From positions 3,133-67,132 of the forward strand of contig JAAOIK010000043.1 of the NCBI GenBank assembly GCA_015163855.1: a DNA stretch of 64,000 nucleotides, read 5' to 3'. The translations under genes and the position numbers were made by a program. Positions within the stretch are counted from its first letter, which is position 1. Each line of letters opens with the position of its first letter. Below, one piece after another: positions 47,439-56,081 of the stretch. The notes beneath the pieces were generated by a model that searched no databases, had not been told where the DNA came from, and saw only the letters and a list, made by a program, of their open reading frames with translations. Source of the DNA: Pseudobdellovibrionaceae bacterium. Lineage in GTDB: Bacteria; Bdellovibrionota; Bdellovibrionia; Bdellovibrionales; UBA1609.

Positions 47439-48404
47439 TTGTCAAACTTTCCTTACACCCCCACTTCTCTTTTTCATATTAACAGCACTGGTAATACTTT
47501 TGTTGTAGACGAAACCCCTTTGTTAAAAAAACTTTCTCCAGCAGAGGTAAGCTTTTGGAAAGAAGAAGAAAAAATACAGCAAGCTTGCCATAAGCACAAA
47601 GTGGATGGCTTAGCCATACTGTTTGCAAATAACAAACACCATTTGCAATGGCAATTTTTTAATGCCGATGGAAAGCCTGCAAATATGTGCGGAAACCTCG
47701 CGCGAGGTTTAATTTACTATTTATCTAAAAAATTTCCTCACGAAAAAACCGCCTTTTCTTTGTTGGGGCCCAACAATACTGTGCAAACCGGTTGTATTAA
47801 AAATAGCCTTCCTTTTCTTTCTATGCCGCAGGGAAAAAAATTACCTTCTTCTAACGAACCTTACTTGCAAGAGTTATACTCAACCACTTTTTTAAAATCT
47901 CTTTCTGAAGCTTATAGTGCAGTTACTTATATAGACCTTGGTGTCCCCCATGCCCTATTGCCCATTTATCCAGACCAACTTTCTCTTCCTGTGGAATTTA
48001 TCCGTTTTTTTAATGCTGGTGCTGATTTAAAGCAACACTCTTTGCACTTAATGCAATATAAAATACAGCAGCTTAATACTGATTTGCAAAAAATAATACA
48101 AACTATTCGCTGCCAAAATGACAAAGGCTTTAATGTTACTTTGTTTAACCCAAACACTTTACACGCTATTAGTTTTGAACGAGGGGTGGAAAACTTTACT
48201 TTGTCTTGCGGCACCGGAGCCTCGGCTTTGGCATATTATTTAAAAACTTTCGTGCCTTTATATAAAAGTGCAACAGAAGTAAGTATTTCCATGCCTGGAG
48301 GAAGTTTATTAATTAATGTAGAAAAAAAAGAGTACCTGTTAGGTGGAAAATGCCAGATACTCAGTGTAAATTCCATAGAAAAGTGTTTTGAACATAAAAA
48401 ATAA
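47439..48404 (+). CDS. dapF: Diaminopimelate epimerase-like protein (DapF fold, both catalytic Cys present; TTG start, longer than usual)
   Basis: HINSTGNTFVVDE, FNADGKPANMCGNLARG (Cys1), ERGVENFTLSCGTGASA (Cys2). Confidence 0.7.
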   Translation: MSNFPYTPTSLFHINSTGNTFVVDETPLLKKLSPAEVSFWKEEEKIQQACHKHKVDGLAILFANNKHHLQWQFFNADGKPANMCGNLARGLIYYLSKKFPHEKTAFSLLGPNNTVQTGCIKNSLPFLSMPQGKKLPSSNEPYLQELYSTTFLKSLSEAYSAVTYIDLGVPHALLPIYPDQLSLPVEFIRFFNAGADLKQHSLHLMQYKIQQLNTDLQKIIQTIRCQNDKGFNVTLFNPNTLHAISFERGVENFTLSCGTGASALAYYLKTFVPLYKSATEVSISMPGGSLLINVEKKEYLLGGKCQILSVNSIEKCFEHKK

Positions 48405-48415
48405 GGCTAAGTGTT

Positions 48416-49585
48416 ATGAGTGACAATGTATTAATCTCTGCAACAGTGAAAAGCAAAATTATAGAAAGCCCTACTACAGTTTCTTTAGTGTTAAAATTAA
48501 CTGACCCTAAACAAAAATTTCACTATGTTGCCGGCCAATTTATTTCTCTTTATGTAAACATAAATGGTAAGGAAATTAAAAGAAGCTATTCTTTGTCTTC
48601 TGCCCCTTATGAAGACTCTATTCAAGTGAGTATTAAAAAAGTGGACAAAGGCTGTTTGTCTATTTTTTTAGTAGACCAGATTGCAGAAGGAACTGTGGTA
48701 AAAATTAGCCCCCCAAAAGGTCGTTTTTTTGCTTGGCCACAAAGTACACCTAAACAATATATATTATTTGGTGCTGGCAGTGGTGTTGCGCCTTTATTTT
48801 CTATAGTAAAATTTCTATTACACAATAATCAAAAGGATAAAGTTATTTTTGTTTGTTCTCACAAAAATAAAGAAGAAATTTTATTTAAAACTTTGTTAAG
48901 CCAATTAGCAGAAAAGTACTCTCAGCGACTTCAACTGATTTATACTTTAAGCCAAAGTGGAGAACAAGAAACTACCTGCCCTCAACCTAATATTGCTTTG
49001 TACTCTGGTCGTTTAAGCCGCAAATTAATGCAAAATGTTTTTAGCCAACACTTAACCCCTTTATGGGAAAAAGAATTTTATATCTGTGGGCCCACAGAGT
49101 ACATGACCGAACATATAGAAAATTTATTATTTTTAGGTGTGCCAACAAAACATTTACATATCGAATCTTTCGTATCAAAAATTCGTAAAGCTAATGATGA
49201 AGACAATCCCTTTAAGCGTTTATTAAATTCTTCCTCCGAAAATATAACAGAAAAAAAAGAAACGGCTGACGCAGGTTTTTTAATTGGAGACAATAGCGCC
49301 AAACAAGAGAAAACCAAAACTATTTTGGTGGACATAGACGAACAAATCCATACTTTAGACTATAAAGAAGAAAAAAGTATTTTAGAAACTATTTTGGACG
49401 CTGGCATCGATGCCCCCTATTCTTGTCTTAGTGGTGCTTGCCTATCTTGCCTGGCTACCGTGACCGAGGGGTGTGTAAAACAACAGGATTTAGGAATTTT
49501 AGATGCTTCGAACATTAACAAAAAAGAAAGCTTATTGTGCCAAGCCTTTCCTTTATCCAAAAGCGTTAGTGTTCGGTTTGATTAA
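48416..49585 (+). CDS. FNR-type flavin reductase fused to a C-terminal plant-type 2Fe-2S ferredoxin (PaaE/Hmp-reductase-like)
   Basis: FAD motif RSYSLSS, NAD(P) motif LFGAGSGVAPLFS and cluster cysteines CLSGACLSCLATV...LLCQAFP. Confidence 0.75.
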   Translation: MSDNVLISATVKSKIIESPTTVSLVLKLTDPKQKFHYVAGQFISLYVNINGKEIKRSYSLSSAPYEDSIQVSIKKVDKGCLSIFLVDQIAEGTVVKISPPKGRFFAWPQSTPKQYILFGAGSGVAPLFSIVKFLLHNNQKDKVIFVCSHKNKEEILFKTLLSQLAEKYSQRLQLIYTLSQSGEQETTCPQPNIALYSGRLSRKLMQNVFSQHLTPLWEKEFYICGPTEYMTEHIENLLFLGVPTKHLHIESFVSKIRKANDEDNPFKRLLNSSSENITEKKETADAGFLIGDNSAKQEKTKTILVDIDEQIHTLDYKEEKSILETILDAGIDAPYSCLSGACLSCLATVTEGCVKQQDLGILDASNINKKESLLCQAFPLSKSVSVRFD

Positions 49586-49670
49586 ACTAGCCTTTGCGCC
49601 TGTTTATTTTTTACACTAAAAAGTCGATAATTTGTGCATCAATACTTATCAGAAGTAAAGGAGCAGAAAT

Positions 49671-50573
49671 ATGCAAAAATTAATACTAGGATTATTAACA
49701 ACTACCTTAATGGCTTGCGGTAGCGGCGGCTGGGGCAATGGCAGTAACGGCGGGCAAGGCGGCGATGATAATGCTTGGACAGGAGATTTAAGAGTACAAA
49801 GCACAAGCTTTTTATCCAGCTATAATTTGTGTGGAAATACAAACGCTCGTGTGAAGCAAGATCTAATCGGTACAGGCATCGCCCGATTATTAACGGGCAG
49901 CTTAAGCTGGAGAAATACGCTTTCCGACGGCTTAGGTATCGCATTTAATCGCGGACTTATTCAAAACTGTGGTCGAATGAAAAAAATGTTGGTAACTATG
50001 TATTCTTATCAACCTTATTTGCCCGAGGGCGATTCGGTATTATATCTAGAACCTGTGGCACAAGCAGCATGGCATTATAGTTATGGCCCACAAAATAATA
50101 TTTACTACGAAAAACTGAATAGCTTTATCCAAGCAGGACGAACTCGTTCTGGCTCTACTCCTCCCCTAATTTTAAAGAAAAAAAGCAAAGACACTACAGC
50201 CACTTCTGCTAGTGTGAGTGCGTTTTTATGGAACCAAGATGTAGATGCAAGAGGTAACACGCAAGGAGACCTCCGTCTTAGCTCTATTAATAGAAAATTA
50301 AAAATTACTACTTGGCGCACAGACTCAACCTCTACTTACGACAGAGATATTGAAATTAAAATTGAGCAGGGTGGCCGCACCGTAGGAACAGGCACTTTAG
50401 TGTTTGATGACCAAAGCTACTATAACCAAAACAAAACCGCAAACAAAAGACAATTAGCTTCACTTATAAGCAAAATAAAAAATCAACCCTTCTTAATATG
50501 GGGAGTTCTTTGCGGGTTAATTTTACTAATGATAACCGCTCTATTTTTATTACCAAAAAAAACTAAAAGCTAA
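49671..50573 (+). CDS. Hypothetical Gly-rich lipoprotein with an additional C-terminal TM helix and basic tail
   Basis: Lipobox TTLMAC followed by GSGGWGNGSNGGQGG. The C-terminus PFLIWGVLCGLILLMITALFLLPKKTKS resembles a sorting-signal architecture. AAGGAG RBS upstream. Confidence 0.5.
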   Translation: MQKLILGLLTTTLMACGSGGWGNGSNGGQGGDDNAWTGDLRVQSTSFLSSYNLCGNTNARVKQDLIGTGIARLLTGSLSWRNTLSDGLGIAFNRGLIQNCGRMKKMLVTMYSYQPYLPEGDSVLYLEPVAQAAWHYSYGPQNNIYYEKLNSFIQAGRTRSGSTPPLILKKKSKDTTATSASVSAFLWNQDVDARGNTQGDLRLSSINRKLKITTWRTDSTSTYDRDIEIKIEQGGRTVGTGTLVFDDQSYYNQNKTANKRQLASLISKIKNQPFLIWGVLCGLILLMITALFLLPKKTKS

Positions 50574-50593
50574 AAGAGCACATCTGCCAAAAC

Positions 50594-50683
50594 GCAAGAG
50601 GCCTTAAAATAATAAGCCCTCTATGACGACTCACCCAAAGGGTGCCAGAGTCATAGAGGGCTTATTATTTTAAGGCCTCTTGC
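50594..50683. repeat. Perfect 33-bp-arm hairpin between convergent genes. The apical module is shared with 716-825. Likely a bidirectional terminator.
   Basis: 50594-50626 (gcaagaggccttaaaataataagccctctatga) is the exact reverse complement of 50651-50683. The loop is cgactcacccaaagggtgccagag. It is flanked by CAAAAC on the left and ATTTTG on the right. Confidence 0.85.
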
Positions 50684-50723
50684 ATTTTGACGTGGCGTTT
50701 TGGCGTGGCATTTTGACGTGGCG
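50684..50723. repeat. Three tandem ~13-nt repeats (A)TTTTG(A)CGTGGC(G)
   Basis: attttgacgtggcg / ttttggcgtggc / attttgacgtggcg, directly abutting the hairpin and 27 nt beyond the polA stop codon. Confidence 0.8.
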
Positions 50724-50749
50724 TTTTTAGCCAGCTGTGCTTTTTTACC

Positions 50750-53500
50750 TCAACACTCCAACCAATTAGCCCCGCAAGAAATATTCACTTCTAAAGGAAC
50801 TTTTAATGGAACTACCGATTCCATAATATTTTTTAACTCTAAAATATTATCTTCGCGATTTTCTATTAAACTTTCTATAATTAATTCGTCATGTACTTGT
50901 AACAATAAAAAAGCATCTAAACTGCTGGCCACTTTTACCATAGCTAATTTAATCAAGTCACTAGCCGTGCCTTGCATGGGGGCATTAGTGGCTGCTCTTT
51001 CTCCAAACTTTTGCACATTTACACGGCTAGATAATAAGTCTGGCAAGTAACGCCGTCTTCCTAAAAGGGTTTTAACATAAATGTCCTCATGGGCCTGCTC
51101 TTTAACACTTTCCATATACTCTTGCACTAAAGGAAATCGACTGTGATAGTTTTTAATAATACTGCTGGCCTCGGCCCGAGAAATTCCTAAACTTTCTGAT
51201 AAACCAAAAACGCCCTGCCCATAAGAAATACCAAAGTTTACCGCCTTAGCCCTACCCCTTTGTTCTTTGGTCACTTTTTTTAAAGGCGTTTTAAAAATTT
51301 GAGAAGCAGTAAAAGCATGAACATCTTCTTTGTTAATAAATGCTTTGCATAAATTTTTATCTCCTGATAGGTGGGCCAATATTCGTAATTCTATTTGGCT
51401 ATAATCTGCTGCAATAAATTCATAACTGGGGCGCGCAACAAAAGCCTTTCTTAATAGTTTTCCACGAGCCGTTTTAATGGGAATGTTTTGCAAATTAGGA
51501 TTAGAGCTAGATAACCGCCCCGTGCTAGTTACCGACTGGTTAAACTGCGTGTGCAAATAAACCTGCTTATTTAATCGCTTTAACAAACCCGTCACATAAG
51601 TGGATTGCAACTTACTTAACTCTCTAAATTCTAAAATAAATTTTACTATTTTATGCTTTTTTAAAGGCTCTAAAACTGAAGACGCTGTGCTATAGGCCGT
51701 TTTTGTTTTTTTCCCCACAGGAAAACCTAGTTTTTCAAATAAAATAACGCCCAACTGCTTAGGGCTTGCAATATTAAACTCTTCACCCGCCTCTTCATAA
51801 ATACTTTTAGTTAACTTATTAATATCTTCGCTTAGTTGTTTTTCTTGTGTTAATAAAAATTTTTTATCCATTAACATGCCTCTATTTTCCATATCGTACA
51901 ATACAGAAATTAAAGGAAGTTCTACTTGAGAAAAAATGTATTCTGTGTCAGAAAGTTTTAAAAAATGCGAAAATACAATTTCACACTCAAGGTGTAGCCT
52001 TAAAATATCAAAAGCCGAAATTGTATTTTTAAAATCTTTTTTTATTTCAATATCTTTTTCTAAATATTTAAAGCACAAACCTTCCCACGATTTAATATTG
52101 TTAGATGTTCCCACATGGGCAGCTAATTGATTGTCCCATATTGTAATACCTGCTTTTTTAAAACCCATTTGCGTCCACAGGTTTTTAATATCGTAGGATT
52201 TAAAACCAATCTTTTTGCTCTCTAACACCTCTCCAATATCCCGCAAGCTGTCTGTGGCTTCAGAAGAAAGGTTTAACTGCTCATTTAAGTTATCAGCAAA
52301 CGGAATTTTTAAAAAATGTTTTCCAAAAAAAAGAAAGACGCTAGACTCGTAACAAAACACCCATGCCTTTTCGTAGGGAGGCAACACTTCCTTTAGCTCT
52401 TTAACAGAAATACTTTTTATCTTTTTAGGAATAAAAATATCTTTTATTTTTTTTTTAACAATAGTGTCTGTAATAGAAGATTTAGTAAAAGCTAAAAACG
52501 ATTTATCTACTTTTGTCTTAACAGAAGTTTTAAGACTGGCTTTTGACAAATGGTTTTTTTCTTTTATTAACTTAAAGCCTTGCTCGCCCCCTGGGGCTAA
52601 AACATTTTTTTCTTCAAAGTTAAGTTCGCTGCCCCCTGATTGCCACTCCATAAAGCCTGTATAGGTATTTTTAAAAGCAAATTGCTCGGTATAGGCTTTA
52701 AAAGCTTTTTCGTTGATGGGGTTTAACTTCCAGTCGCTTTCAGAAATAGGAAGGCTTACTTTTGTGTCAATTTTAACTAAAGTTTGCGATAAAAATGCGA
52801 TTTTTTTTGCTTCTAATAACTTTTTTTTAACTGTATCTGAGGCTATTTTTTCTACATTGTCATAAATGTTTTTTAAGGTTTTAAACTCTAATAATAATTT
52901 TGATGCCCCTTTTGGGCCAATCCCCCTTACTCCTGGAATATTGTCACTGCTGTCTCCCACTAAGGCTAAGTAATCAATCATCTGCTCTGGCTTTACATTC
53001 CACTTTTCTAACACTTGCTTGTTGTCATAAATTATTTCGCGGTGGATGTCGTACATACAAATGTCTTTATTAATTAATTGAGCAAAGTCTTTATCTCCGC
53101 TAACTATAGCCACAGAGTAACCTTTTTTTTCGCCGTCTTTTGCAAGAGACCCTATAACATCATCGGCCTCAAAACCTTTTTTGCTAGCCACGCATATGCC
53201 AAGAGATTTTATTAGGCCCTCAACAAAAGGTAGCTGCTCTGCTAAATCGGGGTCTAAATCTTTTCGATTAGCCTTATACTCTGAATATATTTTTTTTCTA
53301 AAGCTGGGGTGAGGGGTGTCTAAGCAAAAAACCACCGTGCTGGGCGCTTTGGTTTTTAATAGTTTTAAAACCACTTTTAAAAAACCAAACAAAGCATTAG
53401 TCGACTGTCCCTCTTTGTTTTGCATAGGAGGTAAAGCGTAAAAAGCTCTAAAAACAATAGCGCTAACATCTACTAAATAAAGAATTTTTTTATTTTTCAT
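50750..53500 (-). CDS. polA: DNA polymerase I PolA
   Basis: 5' nuclease N-terminus (LYLVDVSAIVFRAFYALP, GIGPKGASKLL). Polymerase motif A DYSQIELRILAH, motif B RGRAKAVNFGISYG, motif C LLLQVHDELIIE. Confidence 0.95.
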   Translation of the reverse strand: MKNKKILYLVDVSAIVFRAFYALPPMQNKEGQSTNALFGFLKVVLKLLKTKAPSTVVFCLDTPHPSFRKKIYSEYKANRKDLDPDLAEQLPFVEGLIKSLGICVASKKGFEADDVIGSLAKDGEKKGYSVAIVSGDKDFAQLINKDICMYDIHREIIYDNKQVLEKWNVKPEQMIDYLALVGDSSDNIPGVRGIGPKGASKLLLEFKTLKNIYDNVEKIASDTVKKKLLEAKKIAFLSQTLVKIDTKVSLPISESDWKLNPINEKAFKAYTEQFAFKNTYTGFMEWQSGGSELNFEEKNVLAPGGEQGFKLIKEKNHLSKASLKTSVKTKVDKSFLAFTKSSITDTIVKKKIKDIFIPKKIKSISVKELKEVLPPYEKAWVFCYESSVFLFFGKHFLKIPFADNLNEQLNLSSEATDSLRDIGEVLESKKIGFKSYDIKNLWTQMGFKKAGITIWDNQLAAHVGTSNNIKSWEGLCFKYLEKDIEIKKDFKNTISAFDILRLHLECEIVFSHFLKLSDTEYIFSQVELPLISVLYDMENRGMLMDKKFLLTQEKQLSEDINKLTKSIYEEAGEEFNIASPKQLGVILFEKLGFPVGKKTKTAYSTASSVLEPLKKHKIVKFILEFRELSKLQSTYVTGLLKRLNKQVYLHTQFNQSVTSTGRLSSSNPNLQNIPIKTARGKLLRKAFVARPSYEFIAADYSQIELRILAHLSGDKNLCKAFINKEDVHAFTASQIFKTPLKKVTKEQRGRAKAVNFGISYGQGVFGLSESLGISRAEASSIIKNYHSRFPLVQEYMESVKEQAHEDIYVKTLLGRRRYLPDLLSSRVNVQKFGERAATNAPMQGTASDLIKLAMVKVASSLDAFLLLQVHDELIIESLIENREDNILELKNIMESVVPLKVPLEVNISCGANWLEC

Positions 53501-53503
53501 AGG

Positions 53504-53863
53504 CTATTTCTTGCGCTTTTTATATTTTTGAGTTTTTTGCACTTTTTGTGTTTTTTGGTCAATAAACAAAAAAAGCAATTCGTTTTTTCGAGACCAATTT
53601 AACTTATCCTTAACTAAAAAATCTACATACTGAGGGTCTTTTAAATTAGCCTTTGCAGTGTCTATGCTTTTAATTCTTACTTTTAATTCTTTAACTTCTT
53701 TTTTTAAAGAACTTAGCCGATAATACAAACTGCTAAATTTAAAGAAGCTTTCGTCAAAAAGTAAACTGAAAAATAAAAATAAAAATAAAAAAATAAAAAC
53801 CTTTCTTGGGTTCATCATTGCTTGATCAAAAAAAGAAATAATGGTTTTGAAAAAAGATTTCAT
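53504..53863 (-). CDS. ftsB: Septum-formation initiator FtsB/DivIC-like protein
   Basis: Single TM plus a coiled-coil (LKKEVKELKVRIKSI), then DPQYVDFLVKDKLNWSRKNELLFLF. Conserved position directly downstream of eno. Confidence 0.65.
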   Translation of the reverse strand: MKSFFKTIISFFDQAMMNPRKVFIFLFLFLFFSLLFDESFFKFSSLYYRLSSLKKEVKELKVRIKSIDTAKANLKDPQYVDFLVKDKLNWSRKNELLFLFIDQKTQKVQKTQKYKKRKK

Positions 53864-53871
53864 TTTTTTAT

Positions 53872-55140
53872 TTATTTTTTTGCAAATGCTTGTTTGCCTA
53901 AAAACTCCGCTCTTTCCGCCAGCTCTTCTTCAATTCTAAACAGTTGGTTATATTTAAGCGTTCTTTCGCCTCTGCAAACGCTACCGGTTTTAATTTGTTC
54001 GCAAGAAAAGGCTATGGATAAGTCGGCAATACTACTGTCTTCTGTTTCGCCACTTCTGTGAGAAATAACACTTTTCATGCCTCCCTTTTTAGCTAATAAA
54101 ATAGCGGCTTGGGTTTCAGAAATACTTCCAATTTGGTTCATTTTTACTAACAAAGCATTGGCCGAGTTTTCTTGCAAACCTCTTTCTAGTCGCTGACAAT
54201 TAGTAACAAATAAATCATCGCCTACCACTTGCACATCTGTGCTTTTAGTAAATGCAGACCAAGCTGACCAATCTTCTTCTTCAAAAGGGTCTTCAAAACT
54301 AATAATAGGGTACTTCTTTAGCCAGCTTTTATAAATTTCGCTTAATTCTTCTGAGCATAAAGTTTTATTTTCCCATTTGTATAAAGAATTTTTATTATAA
54401 AATTCACTGGCCGCTACATCTAAGGCTAAAAAAATATCTTCTCCCAATGTATACGCCGACTGATCCACTGCCTGGCATAATAAATCTAAAGCTTCTGTGT
54501 TGCTTTGAAGGGCTGGGGCAAAACCGCCTTCGTCACCCACTGCGGTAGACAAAGATTTTTTGTTTAAAATATTTTTTAAGTGCGTAAAAACTTCACTACC
54601 TGCTCGCACAGCTTCTTTAAAAGATCCTCCGCAAACAGGAACCAACATAAACTCTTGCACATTTAGATTGTTGTTACTGTGCGCCCCTCCGTTTAAAACA
54701 TTGATTAGCGGTGTTGGTAAAAAATATTTTTCTCCATTATTAATAAATTTATATAAAGGCTCTTTGTTGTGTATGGCCATGGCCTTAAGCCACGCCAAAG
54801 ACACGCCTAAAATAGCATTGGCGCCTAGTCGTGATTTATTTTTTGTTCCATCTAATTGAATTAAGTTTTTATCCAACTCTTGAATGTCAAAAAAGCTTTT
54901 ACCACTTATGGCCTTGGCAATTTCTGTGTTAACATTGTTAACAGCCTTCAACACGCCTTTTCCAAAAAAGTAAGACGGCTTTTCGTCGCGTAGCTCGCAG
55001 GCTTCAAAGCTTCCCGTAGATGCTCCCGAAGGTATCGCTGCCCGCCCCAAAGCTCCCGAATCTAATAAAACATCTACCTCCACCGTGGGCTGGCCTCTGC
55101 TGTCTAGTATTTCTCTAGCTAAAATTTTTTTGATTTTCAT
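53872..55140 (-). CDS. eno: Enolase
   Basis: AREILDSRGQPTVEVDV, GDEGGFAP, VGDDLFVTN, SHRSGETEDS. Confidence 0.96.
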   Translation of the reverse strand: MKIKKILAREILDSRGQPTVEVDVLLDSGALGRAAIPSGASTGSFEACELRDEKPSYFFGKGVLKAVNNVNTEIAKAISGKSFFDIQELDKNLIQLDGTKNKSRLGANAILGVSLAWLKAMAIHNKEPLYKFINNGEKYFLPTPLINVLNGGAHSNNNLNVQEFMLVPVCGGSFKEAVRAGSEVFTHLKNILNKKSLSTAVGDEGGFAPALQSNTEALDLLCQAVDQSAYTLGEDIFLALDVAASEFYNKNSLYKWENKTLCSEELSEIYKSWLKKYPIISFEDPFEEEDWSAWSAFTKSTDVQVVGDDLFVTNCQRLERGLQENSANALLVKMNQIGSISETQAAILLAKKGGMKSVISHRSGETEDSSIADLSIAFSCEQIKTGSVCRGERTLKYNQLFRIEEELAERAEFLGKQAFAKK

Positions 55141-55187
55141 TGTTAGTCCTTTTGCACTTGCAGGCCTGGTTTATGGCGGTTTTATGC

Positions 55188-56030
55188 TTAATCTAAGTCA
55201 AAGCTAAATTGATTGGTGTTGTTTTTTTTCTTTTTTATTTTTGTTTTCTTAGTATTTAGTTTTGCAGATTTAGAAAGGTTAAACAACTGTCCAAAAGAAT
55301 CTAGTAAACTGTTTTTTAATTGTTTCTCTTGTTTTTTCTTCTCTAATGCTAATTCTTTTTCTTTTTCTTTTATATGTTCTTCTTTTTGTAACAAAGTTTT
55401 TTCACGCAGAATTAATAATTCTTCTTTTTTCTTAAAGTCTTCTAACAGCGAATTCATTAGCTCGGGAGTAATATGTGTTCTTGTAGTGCTTGTGTCAAAA
55501 ATGCTTTCTTGTTGGTTAAAGAAATGGATTTTAAATAAATCTCCCTGCCAAGAACAGGTCATGTTACGATTTTTAGTAAAACAAGGAATATAAGTAACAC
55601 AAGCACTCAGGTACTTTGCAATTTCTGGAAAGCCTTGTTCTGGTATAGAGGTTTTTAAAATCACTTCATTTTCTTGCAAAGACACACTATTTAACTCTAT
55701 GTTTGGCGATACAAAATAAGAAAAAAATTGTGCTAAAAAATAAACAAGTCGGCTTTGCTCTGGCGTGGGCATAATTCGCAATACGCTACCTAACCCCTCC
55801 CAAGCCCGTAAAGAAAAAGAAGCCTCCGCCCAATCTTTATAAAAACAAGCGTTTACAAAAGCCTTTGTGTATTCTTGTTCGGCCTGCCTAATATACAAAG
55901 CCGTGCTTGCGGGGTCTAGCCAACAAAGAGGAGTGTTAGGGCTAAGCTCCATATCATTTAACGAAACAGAAATTTGTTTTTTTTCTAAAAAATAAAAAAG
56001 AGATTTTGTAATTCTAGAGCTTACTTCCAC
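55188..56030 (-). CDS. Hypothetical protein with a Lys/Glu-rich coiled-coil C-terminus (GTG start)
   Basis: I recognise no motif. The ORF is long and codon usage looks like its neighbours. It lies 51 nt downstream of the CpaF-like ATPase gene. Confidence 0.5.
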   Translation of the reverse strand: MEVSSRITKSLFYFLEKKQISVSLNDMELSPNTPLCWLDPASTALYIRQAEQEYTKAFVNACFYKDWAEASFSLRAWEGLGSVLRIMPTPEQSRLVYFLAQFFSYFVSPNIELNSVSLQENEVILKTSIPEQGFPEIAKYLSACVTYIPCFTKNRNMTCSWQGDLFKIHFFNQQESIFDTSTTRTHITPELMNSLLEDFKKKEELLILREKTLLQKEEHIKEKEKELALEKKKQEKQLKNSLLDSFGQLFNLSKSAKLNTKKTKIKKKKNNTNQFSFDLD

Positions 56031-56081
56031 AGGTTCTTTGTAAAGGGAAAGGCTTAAAAACTCAAGAGAAACCCTGCAAAA

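Noticed and set aside
50700-51050. A 116-aa plus-strand ORF starting in the tandem-repeat region (MAWHFDVAF...).
   Set aside because: It is mostly antisense to the polA polymerase domain, and its start is created by the GTGGCG repeats. No supporting motif or RBS.
55141-55187. A sigma-54-like AGGCCT-GCAAG-TGCA on the minus strand upstream of eno.
   Set aside because: GG-N9-GC spacing is one nucleotide short and the -24 hexamer is poor. eno is a housekeeping gene.
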